Virus record (IMG/VR): IMGVR_UViG_3300016666_000387
Span: 1 to 46,303 of that record
Direction: 5' to 3' (one strand)
DNA: 46,303 bases
DNA from: a virus
Lineage: Duplodnaviria; Caudoviricetes
In this document: one piece after another, positions 18,776 to 26,065 of the stretch
Numbering within the stretch: position 1 is the first letter of the stretch
Layout: each line of letters starts with the position of its first letter
Notes under the pieces: generated by a model
The model's input: only the letters and a program-made list of their open reading frames with translations
Databases searched by the model: none
Told to the model about the DNA's origin: nothing
Program-made: the position numbers and the translations under genes

Positions 18776-21154
18776 ATGGTTGCGATTACGACGCGGGAAA
18801 CCTACGGGGCGGAACTTCCTTGGCAAGTGGTAGACCGTAATTTTATTAATTTAGCTACGGCTATTGATGGTATCGGGGAGGATGTGCTTATTGAGGCGGA
18901 AGCTGCAAGAGACGCCGCCATATTAGCAAGCGTCTCCTCCCAGTCCAGCTCTAGCTCGGCATCGGCCGCGAGTACTTCAGCTGCATTGGCGGCATCGGCC
19001 GCGAGTACTTCAGCTGCAGAAAGCGCGTCGTATGTGGCTTCCTTGTTTCCCGCCGATGGCGCAGATGGCGTAGGTACTTCGGCCTCTGGAGCAGGTTCCG
19101 TCCGCCTATCCTTGCAGCAAGTGCTACGCCAGTCGGACGAAAATCCACAGAAATACGGCGCTGTCGGAGATGGCGTTTTTGACGATACCGCAGCCGTACA
19201 GGCAGCAGTTACCGCTGGAAATACGGTTCTTCTGCGCGGTTCTACGTACATCATAAATGGCGATATTATCGTCCCCGAAAATCGCAAGATCTGGGTACAG
19301 CATGGGGCGAAAGTTAGACACGTTGGCAGGTGGACTGCTTACAATGTAGATAACTTCACTTTTGTTAATGATGGCGGGATTAAAGTACTCGCAATGCCTG
19401 ATGCGCCGGCAAAACCGGGTTGGCCAAATACCGCAGATGGAACCCAAATCGGCAATGAGCGGGGCTATATTGAATTTGGGGGAACCGGTCCGACATCGAG
19501 TACCCGCGGCTTTACGGTCTATGGCTTCGGAACTTTGGAGGGTCCTTGGACTGGCACGCCAAATTTTGATATTTCAACATCTCCCTACCAATTGAATCGT
19601 AAAGGGGTTGCTTCATGGAATTGCAGCGATGTGCTTGTACGAGACCAAAAAATTTCCGGGTTTGATGGGGAAGCAGTCTATTGGTATGGCAATTCCGATT
19701 TATTTGAGAACATCAAGTTTCTTTTCAACAAAGTTCATGACACGAGATTCAATGCCCTAAATTTTAATACTATAGCTGCCTGGAAAGGCTTGCAAATGCT
19801 GGGCAATGAATCCCGCGATGCTTACGCGGGCATTGAGGCGTCTGCTGGTGACCTTTCAAAGAATACGGTTGTTAAATGCCTTTACGGGATTTGGACCGGA
19901 TTGGGGGGTGGGCACGGCCCGATGCATATTACTGAAAATAATGTGATTGAATGCGATTTTGCGGGGATATCTGCGACATTTAACCCAGCATCTGAAATTT
20001 ATGATATTGATATTTCGCGCAATGTGGTGGTGTCTGCTGGCGGCGACGGAATTGTTTGCAATAAAATTAATGCTTTCGGGATGTCTAGCAATATAGTCAG
20101 GGGGTGGGGGCGCTTATCTCCAGGTTACGCTTTCCGGACTACTGCAAGTTGCAATCAAGGGCGCATCGAAAGTAATATACCGATTGCCCCCGGCATAAAT
20201 TCTCTTGGAGCTTACTCGTTGCAAGGAACAAATATGGAAGTTGGGCCAAATAGCCCGATAGAAGATTCCAATTTTGCAACGCGGTATATTGGTAATCGCG
20301 GTAATTTCTTTGGGGGCCGCGCAGCATCCGTTACAGACTTTGAATCTCGTGAAAATAGCATTGCGCTTCATTCATCAGATATCAATACCGTTGGAGCAGG
20401 CGCCGCCCTTCTTTTTACAAATGGCGATGTTGGGAAAGCTATTTACGCTGGCATTTTTGGCAGCGGCACAGGGTACGACGCTGCAGGAACAAATGGTGGG
20501 TTAATAATTGCTACGTCCAAAGCGACAACGGGGGGCACTTTACAAGCGTCTATGCGAATAGATAGCGCCGGGGCTGTTCGACTGGAGAACAACTTAATTG
20601 CACCCTTTGCGTACACGAATACAACAGCCAGTTCGGCAAATGTGTTCATCGACCCATCTGGTCTTATCCAACGGTCAACTTCGGCAGAACGTTATAAAAC
20701 ACAACTTGAACCGATTGACGAAGAATTTTTTAAATGGTTGGAAGAGCAGGAGCCTATGTGGTACCGTAGCAAATGCGCGGCGGATAACCCTTTTTGGGGA
20801 TTTTTTGGGTTAAGCGCTGAGAAAGTCGCAATCCGCTTTCCGCAGTTGGTTCACTGGCGGTACCGTGATACAAAACAAATGTTAGTGCGTCCTGCAACAA
20901 GCGGCGAAACCGCAGTATTGAATGCTGCCGGTGAAATTACCAAGGCGGCGGTACCTGCATTTGACGCCTTGTACGAATCTGTCCCCGATACTGACTCGCC
21001 ATTGGTCCCGGAAGGCGTCCAGTACGAGCGCTTCGTTCCTCTTCTTATTGGGGCGCATCAACGAAACATTACTCGTATTGCAGAATTAGAGACCTTATTT
21101 TTGCGCGTGACCGCATTAGAAAAAAAAAGTTTTTCTTCCAGCAACGAAGGATGA
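18776..21154 (+). CDS. Tailspike/depolymerase (beta-helix) with C-terminal S74-type intramolecular chaperone
   Basis: YGAVGDGVFDDTAAVQAA beta-helix cap, Asn/Gly-rich repeats, TSAERYK...GLSAE...YERFVPLL chaperone; visibly lower GC. Confidence 0.85.
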   Translation: MVAITTRETYGAELPWQVVDRNFINLATAIDGIGEDVLIEAEAARDAAILASVSSQSSSSSASAASTSAALAASAASTSAAESASYVASLFPADGADGVGTSASGAGSVRLSLQQVLRQSDENPQKYGAVGDGVFDDTAAVQAAVTAGNTVLLRGSTYIINGDIIVPENRKIWVQHGAKVRHVGRWTAYNVDNFTFVNDGGIKVLAMPDAPAKPGWPNTADGTQIGNERGYIEFGGTGPTSSTRGFTVYGFGTLEGPWTGTPNFDISTSPYQLNRKGVASWNCSDVLVRDQKISGFDGEAVYWYGNSDLFENIKFLFNKVHDTRFNALNFNTIAAWKGLQMLGNESRDAYAGIEASAGDLSKNTVVKCLYGIWTGLGGGHGPMHITENNVIECDFAGISATFNPASEIYDIDISRNVVVSAGGDGIVCNKINAFGMSSNIVRGWGRLSPGYAFRTTASCNQGRIESNIPIAPGINSLGAYSLQGTNMEVGPNSPIEDSNFATRYIGNRGNFFGGRAASVTDFESRENSIALHSSDINTVGAGAALLFTNGDVGKAIYAGIFGSGTGYDAAGTNGGLIIATSKATTGGTLQASMRIDSAGAVRLENNLIAPFAYTNTTASSANVFIDPSGLIQRSTSAERYKTQLEPIDEEFFKWLEEQEPMWYRSKCAADNPFWGFFGLSAEKVAIRFPQLVHWRYRDTKQMLVRPATSGETAVLNAAGEITKAAVPAFDALYESVPDTDSPLVPEGVQYERFVPLLIGAHQRNITRIAELETLFLRVTALEKKSFSSSNEG
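18957..19018 (+). repeat. Tandem 29-bp direct repeat (33-bp period) in the tailspike linker
   Basis: CGGCATCGGCCGCGAGTACTTCAGCTGCA at 18957-18985 and 18990-19018, encoding ASAASTSAA twice. Confidence 0.9.
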
Positions 21155-21161
21155 ATAAATA

Positions 21162-21899
21162 ATGGGCTCATATGTATTGCCTGGCTATTGGGTTCCAGGC
21201 TATGCCGAAGGTGACAGCGGGTCGAACACCCAGCGTTACCTAGATCGGATTACTAGCGCCCACAATCAACGCCCTAAGTTCATGGCCGTCGTAGGGGCTT
21301 GCGTACAGCCTTTGGCGGATTTACTCGATATTGAGTCTCGTTTCCCCTGGTTTTTTGATTTGGATTGGGCTGTGGGCGCCCAGCTGGACGCCGTGGGCGA
21401 ATGGGTAGGGCAATCCAGAAACATTGCGTTGCCCTTGGTAGGGGTCTATTTTTCTTTCGATGACCCTATGCTGGGTTTCGACCAAGGAACCTGGAAAGGG
21501 CCTTTTGACCCGGATTCGGGAATTTCTTCGCTGTCGGATTCACCATACCGGCTTTTGATTCGCGCTAAAATTGCGCTTAATTCTTGGGACGGAACGATTC
21601 CTCAAAGCAATATAATTTGGGGGAAAATCTTTGCCGGCACTGGCTATAAAGTATATACGATTGACAACTCGGATATGACAATGGCCACCGTTATTGGTGG
21701 GACAAAAACCCCGGATGCCTTGACGAAAGCCTTGTTCCAGCAAGCGTACTTGCAGCTTAAACCGGAGGGGGTGCGCCATTTAGGGATTTCTTACGTCAGC
21801 GTGCTGGGCGCGCCTGCTTTCGGATTTGATGTAGAAACCGGCGCAGTCGGCGGGTTTGACCGCGGGGCTTGGGTTTCTGCACCCGACTTAGCTCTTTAA
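21162..21899 (+). CDS. Baseplate wedge protein (DUF2612)
   Basis: ITSAHNQRPKF, FDLDWAVGAQLD.VGEWVG, YRLLIRAKI..N.WDG and LKPEGV motifs. Confidence 0.88.
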   Translation: MGSYVLPGYWVPGYAEGDSGSNTQRYLDRITSAHNQRPKFMAVVGACVQPLADLLDIESRFPWFFDLDWAVGAQLDAVGEWVGQSRNIALPLVGVYFSFDDPMLGFDQGTWKGPFDPDSGISSLSDSPYRLLIRAKIALNSWDGTIPQSNIIWGKIFAGTGYKVYTIDNSDMTMATVIGGTKTPDALTKALFQQAYLQLKPEGVRHLGISYVSVLGAPAFGFDVETGAVGGFDRGAWVSAPDLAL

Positions 21900-21937
21900 C
21901 GGTACAATCCTTCAAACTTTCGTAGAGGCTCAAAAAT

Positions 21938-22822
21938 ATGGCTACCAATCAAATTGCCCCCTTCGCCACGGCGGGCGGGGCGAACGTGCAGGACTTGGCT
22001 ACGTACCTTGCTGCGGCGAGCACTTCGAGCGGGTATTCGGCAGGGATCGCACAAAGCCAAGCGCTCAACCGCACCTGGAGGCAATCCTCTTTTGTGGCGG
22101 CGGCCAGCGCTGCTTGGCTGGCGAGCCTGGGCCTGGACGTGCTGGATGACGGGAACGTTTCAGCGTTAGCCGCCAAATTCCGCCAAACCATGGGCAACGC
22201 AGCTAACTTAACCGGAGCTGCTACGAGCGCGACGCTGCCGCCCTCCTCAGTCGGGCAAGTAACGGTTTTCAACGGGAACAACGTGACTATCACGATGCCC
22301 TTGGCGGCATCCGTCCCCCCCGGCTCTACTTTCCCGTTTCTTTCGGCAAATGCCAGCGGGTGTCGGGTCGCCTTGCAAGGATCGGACGTTTTGGTGTCGG
22401 GGTCTTCGGTAGGTTCCAGCCCATTGCCTTTTGGTGTCGGAGATACGGCGGTGCTTGTTTCTGGCGCGGCCGGGTGGTACCTGACGGGTGGCAGTTTAGC
22501 CCTGGCCTCTTCGTCCGTATTCGGCAGTTCGCTTTCTGCGGACGGGTTCCAAAAACTGCCAGGCGGAACTATTTTGCAACGAGGGTCCGGGTCTACTTCG
22601 GCCGGCGCGGCTTCCGTCGCATTCCCAACCGCGTTCCCGAATGCTTGCCGCCAAGTCATCATTTGCGAAGCGGCAGCAACGGGCTGGAGCTCCACGGTAT
22701 TTTCAGCGGTGGGCTCTTACGGAAAAACAACGACCGGGTTTAGCGCCCGGTCCATCACGTACAGCGGCGGCACGACAAGCGCGGTAGCCGTCGCTTTTGA
22801 CTGGCTGGCAATCGGAAATTAA
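21938..22822 (+). CDS. Tail fibre protein
   Basis: FATAGGANV...GIAQSQALNRTWRQSS N-terminus; GFQKLPGGTILQ...FPTAFPNAC...WLAIG gp53-like C-terminus. Confidence 0.88.
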   Translation: MATNQIAPFATAGGANVQDLATYLAAASTSSGYSAGIAQSQALNRTWRQSSFVAAASAAWLASLGLDVLDDGNVSALAAKFRQTMGNAANLTGAATSATLPPSSVGQVTVFNGNNVTITMPLAASVPPGSTFPFLSANASGCRVALQGSDVLVSGSSVGSSPLPFGVGDTAVLVSGAAGWYLTGGSLALASSSVFGSSLSADGFQKLPGGTILQRGSGSTSAGAASVAFPTAFPNACRQVIICEAAATGWSSTVFSAVGSYGKTTTGFSARSITYSGGTTSAVAVAFDWLAIGN

Positions 22823-22827
22823 TAATC

Positions 22828-23340
22828 ATGAATCTTTTTTCTCTCACCACCATGGGCTTTTATGCCCAAGCCCTCCGCGAAGATTACGAATCGGCCGGCA
22901 CTTTGCCGGAAGACGCCATTGCGATTGATGCCGAAACAGAACAGGCTTTGCGCGCCGCCATTGAAAAAGGCGCAGTTATCCGCCGCATGGGCGACGCATG
23001 GGATATTACCCCCGCCGCCCCGCGTCCTTTCGAAGAAGTGGCCGCGCCGCGTATGGCGGCCTTCCGCCAAAATCGGGAAATCGCTCTCAACCGTTTGAGC
23101 GGTCTTGGCTTTGCGGCGCTTCTCGCCGGCGACACGGCGCATGCGCAAGAAGTGGCGTCCGTCCGTTCCGCGCTCTTGGACGTCCCGGCTTTGCCCCAAG
23201 TGAAAGATGCCGCTTCTCTCGACGCCCTGGACGCTGCTCTCAACGCTGCCTGGGAATGCGCCTATGTGGGCGGCGAATCCGAAGCAGTGGCCACGGCGAT
23301 GGCGGTAGGCGCCGGCGGCGGCCAAACGCGCCCGACGTAA
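22828..23340 (+). CDS. Tail fibre assembly chaperone
   Basis: FSLTTMGFY...GTLPEDAIAI...RSALLDVP; follows the fibre gene. Confidence 0.75.
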   Translation: MNLFSLTTMGFYAQALREDYESAGTLPEDAIAIDAETEQALRAAIEKGAVIRRMGDAWDITPAAPRPFEEVAAPRMAAFRQNREIALNRLSGLGFAALLAGDTAHAQEVASVRSALLDVPALPQVKDAASLDALDAALNAAWECAYVGGESEAVATAMAVGAGGGQTRPT

Positions 23341-23765
23341 TGAACAGCTGGCCCAAGAGGGGCGCAACCATGGCCCTTTTTGCGGCTTTCATGCTGCTGC
23401 ATTCCTGGGCCACGTCCGGCAAGCCAAATACGGTTCTTGGGATGTTGGTCTTCCATGGCAGCGCTCTCGTGGCAGATGCCGGCCTCATGGTGTTGTGCCC
23501 AAGAATAATTAAAGGCAACCTTTGCCGTCATATGCAGTATTCTTGCTTTGCGTCCATGACCCTAAATGCGTTAGGATGGGCGGCATATGTCTTGTACGTC
23601 CCCGGCGCCATTTACAATTGGGCTGCGTGGGCGCTTACCGCTGCTCAATTTATTAGGCTCACCCTGCCGGATGCATTTAATGGTAACTTTACTCTTTGGA
23701 AGCCTGTATTTCATCGTGGCTCTCCAATGGGCAAGGCTCTACCTTCTCCGAAAGCGAAACAATGA
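23340..23765 (+). CDS. Multi-pass membrane protein preceding the lysis genes
   Basis: About 4 hydrophobic segments; TAATG and ATGA coupling to both neighbours. Confidence 0.7.
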   Translation: MNSWPKRGATMALFAAFMLLHSWATSGKPNTVLGMLVFHGSALVADAGLMVLCPRIIKGNLCRHMQYSCFASMTLNALGWAAYVLYVPGAIYNWAAWALTAAQFIRLTLPDAFNGNFTLWKPVFHRGSPMGKALPSPKAKQ

Positions 23766-24031
23766 ACTTGCAAAACGTCTTGCAGGAAGTGGTGAACGAC
23801 CCCCGTACTCTGGGAGCGATGATCGCGTGGACCGGCGGCCTGTCGATAGCTGATCTAGTTGGCCTCGTCCAAGGAGCTGTTTCCTTCGCGGGCATTGTGC
23901 TCGGGGTCGTATCCTTGCTGGTGCTGATCCGCCTCAATAACGCGAACACGCGCAATGCTGAACTTCAAACCAAGCTCCTCCTGAAACAGCTTGCCGAGAA
24001 AGAAAAAGATGGACATCGAAGCACTGATTGA
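23762..24031 (+). CDS. Putative holin
   Basis: 89 aa, 1-2 TM segments, charged C-terminus; immediately upstream of the endolysin. Confidence 0.65.
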   Translation: MNLQNVLQEVVNDPRTLGAMIAWTGGLSIADLVGLVQGAVSFAGIVLGVVSLLVLIRLNNANTRNAELQTKLLLKQLAEKEKDGHRSTD

Positions 24032-24548
24032 CCGCGAAGGCGGCTATGTTGACCACCCGGCAGACAAGGGCGGCCCGACGACCTGGGGCATTACCGAAGC
24101 GGTGGCGCGCGCCAGTGGCTATGCCGGCCGAATGCAAGACTTACCGCGCGACTTCGCGCGTGCCGTCTACCGGCGCCAGTACATCGCGGCTCCAGGTTTC
24201 GACAAGGTGGCCGCACTGGCGCCGCGCGTCGCCGAAGAGATGTTCGATACCGGTGTGAATATGGGGCCTTCCGTGCCCGGCCCCTGGCTGCAGCGCCTTT
24301 TGAACGTGCTGCGCGAACCAACCGCCGGCGCGCCGCTGTATGCCCCGTTGGCCACGGATGGCGCCATCGGCCCGGCTACGCTGGCGGCGCTGGCAGCGTA
24401 CTTGAAATACCGCGCCAAGGACGGCGAGACGGTGCTGGTGCGCGGGTTGGATTGTCTGCAGGGCACGCGGTACATCGAGCTGGCAGAAACGCGCCCGGCA
24501 AATCGCGCCTTCGTGTATGGCTGGCTGTTTAACCGCGTAGGAGTCTGA
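24009..24548 (+). CDS. Endolysin, glycoside hydrolase family 108 with C-terminal peptidoglycan-binding domain
   Basis: EGGYVDHPADKGGPTTWGIT, FDTGVNMG, DGAIGPAT and FVYGWLFNR motifs. Confidence 0.92.
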   Translation: MDIEALIDREGGYVDHPADKGGPTTWGITEAVARASGYAGRMQDLPRDFARAVYRRQYIAAPGFDKVAALAPRVAEEMFDTGVNMGPSVPGPWLQRLLNVLREPTAGAPLYAPLATDGAIGPATLAALAAYLKYRAKDGETVLVRGLDCLQGTRYIELAETRPANRAFVYGWLFNRVGV

Positions 24549-24550
24549 TC

Positions 24551-25087
24551 ATGCCTTTGCCCCTTCTTCTCCCCGTTGCGCTGGCCTTGGCCAAGCAGTT
24601 TGCCCCCAATCTGATCGAGCTCATGACTGGCAGCGATGCCGCCGGCGCCGTGGCCGCAAAGGTGGTTGATATCGCTGGCATCGTGACGGGCGGCGCAGCT
24701 GACCCGGTTGCTGCTTTGATGGCCGATCCCGCCAAAGCGCTGGAGTTCCAGAAGGCGGTCATGGACAACGAAACCGAGCTCGTGCGCCTGCACCTGGCGG
24801 AAGTCCAGGACGCTCGCAAGATGCAGATCGCGGCGCTGGGCCAGGACGATCTTTTCTCAAAGCGTTTCGTCTACTATTTCGCGGCCGCCTGGTCCGTGTT
24901 CGCCATGGTCTATTTCCTGGGAGTGACGTTTATCCCGATCCCGCCGGAAGGCACCCGTGTGGCGGATACGATCCTGGGCGTAATGATCTCCAGCGTGATC
25001 GGCGTCATGTTCGCTTATTTTTATGGGAGTACTCGGGGTGGGACGGAGAAGTCGCGCTTGCTGGCCTTGGCCGCGCCGCCCAGGTAA
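24551..25087 (+). CDS. Membrane protein, 3TM holin-like
   Basis: ADPAKALEF...DARKMQ, two C-terminal TM helices and YFYGS motif; follows GH108. Confidence 0.7.
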   Translation: MPLPLLLPVALALAKQFAPNLIELMTGSDAAGAVAAKVVDIAGIVTGGAADPVAALMADPAKALEFQKAVMDNETELVRLHLAEVQDARKMQIAALGQDDLFSKRFVYYFAAAWSVFAMVYFLGVTFIPIPPEGTRVADTILGVMISSVIGVMFAYFYGSTRGGTEKSRLLALAAPPR

Positions 25088-25184
25088 GAGGGCAATCCGG
25101 CTTCGGCTCGTTCGTCTCCCACCGCCGGCCACAAGGGCATGCCATTTCGTCGCCTTCCCGGCGCGGGGCGCATTTCAAGGCCAT
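25005..25184 (-). CDS. Small Cys-rich hypothetical protein
   Basis: MALKC...CPCGRRW...CP; overlaps the end of the upstream minus-strand gene. Confidence 0.45.
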   Translation of the reverse strand: MALKCAPRREGDEMACPCGRRWETNEPKPDCPLTWAARPRPASATSPSHPEYSHKNKRT

Positions 25185-25492
25185 AGCGTGGCCGCCCAGC
25201 TCAAGCCGATGATGGCGCCCAACACGAGCAGCATGCGCCCAGCGAACCCGCCGACCAGCTCGATGGCGTCCATTACCTTCTGGCGGCGCATCTGGCACGC
25301 GTAGGACGGATGACGCTCTTCCGGCGCTGGGCGCGGCAGGCGCAGCTGGTCAATGACCGAAATCTCTTTCATGACGTTGCGCATGCGCGCCCAGCAGCCG
25401 ACACCGGCATCAATAAGCAGCGCCATCTCGCGCACCAGCACGCGCCGGCGGCGCAGCAGAATAAAGTCTTCCAGTTCGTCCAGGATATTCAT
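25175..25492 (-). CDS. Hypothetical protein with C-terminal TM anchor
   Basis: MNILDELEDF...MLLVLGAIIGLSWAATLWP; ATGA coupling. Confidence 0.65.
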   Translation of the reverse strand: MNILDELEDFILLRRRRVLVREMALLIDAGVGCWARMRNVMKEISVIDQLRLPRPAPEERHPSYACQMRRQKVMDAIELVGGFAGRMLLVLGAIIGLSWAATLWP

Positions 25493-25803
25493 TTGAGAGT
25501 TGTCCTTTCGATATGCGCGCGGTACCAAGCGCGCCGGCTGATGGTGGATTGAGAAATGCCCGTCACCTTGGCCGCAGCATAGGCGCTGTAACCCTGCTCC
25601 ACGATCAGGCGCCGGGCCTTGGCGTCACTCTCGCCTACCGTAGCCGGGCGCTCCGCGATGAAGGTTTTGTACCAGGTGGACCGGGTGATAGCGCCCGGCG
25701 TCAAATTGCAGGCCTTGGCCACGCTGTGGGCGCTCGCAAGGCCGTTACTGTCCTCCAGCATCTTGCGAGCGCGTTGCATTTCAGCGGATGTTTTTGCAGC
25801 CAT
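25489..25803 (-). CDS. Tandem helix-turn-helix DNA-binding protein
   Basis: SAHSVAKACNLTPGAITRSTWY and SAYAAAKVTGISQSTISRRAWY are two homologous HTH units. Confidence 0.82.
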   Translation of the reverse strand: MAAKTSAEMQRARKMLEDSNGLASAHSVAKACNLTPGAITRSTWYKTFIAERPATVGESDAKARRLIVEQGYSAYAAAKVTGISQSTISRRAWYRAHIERTTLK

Positions 25804-25832
25804 CGTATTTCCTTCCTGTTGAGTAAGGCTTT

Positions 25833-25861
25833 ACTTTAGCTGAATAATTCACCCGATGCAA
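25833..25861 (-). promoter_or_regulatory. Sigma70-type promoter (family A) with spacer operator
   Basis: TTGCAT-17bp-TAAAGT; TGAATAATTCA at 25841-25851. Confidence 0.8.
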
Positions 25862-25864
25862 GTA

Positions 25865-26056
25865 CTATGTTACGAGGCGGTGCTTATTCGACAGATGGGC
25901 GCCGAGCAAATCCTCCGCCTCGCGCGCGGCCTCGTCCAGCTTGCTTTGGACGTCATGAGGCGCTTTGCGGAAGTACCCGCCGCGCGAGTCGGAAAGCGTG
26001 TGCTTGCACTTGGCTTTCAGGGCTTTCAATTTTTCCCGCCATTCTCGTTCCGTCAT
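25865..26056 (-). CDS. Hypothetical protein
   Basis: 63 aa, GGAGG RBS, follows the polymerase. Confidence 0.65.
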   Translation of the reverse strand: MTEREWREKLKALKAKCKHTLSDSRGGYFRKAPHDVQSKLDEAAREAEDLLGAHLSNKHRLVT

Positions 26057-26065
26057 GATGCCTCC

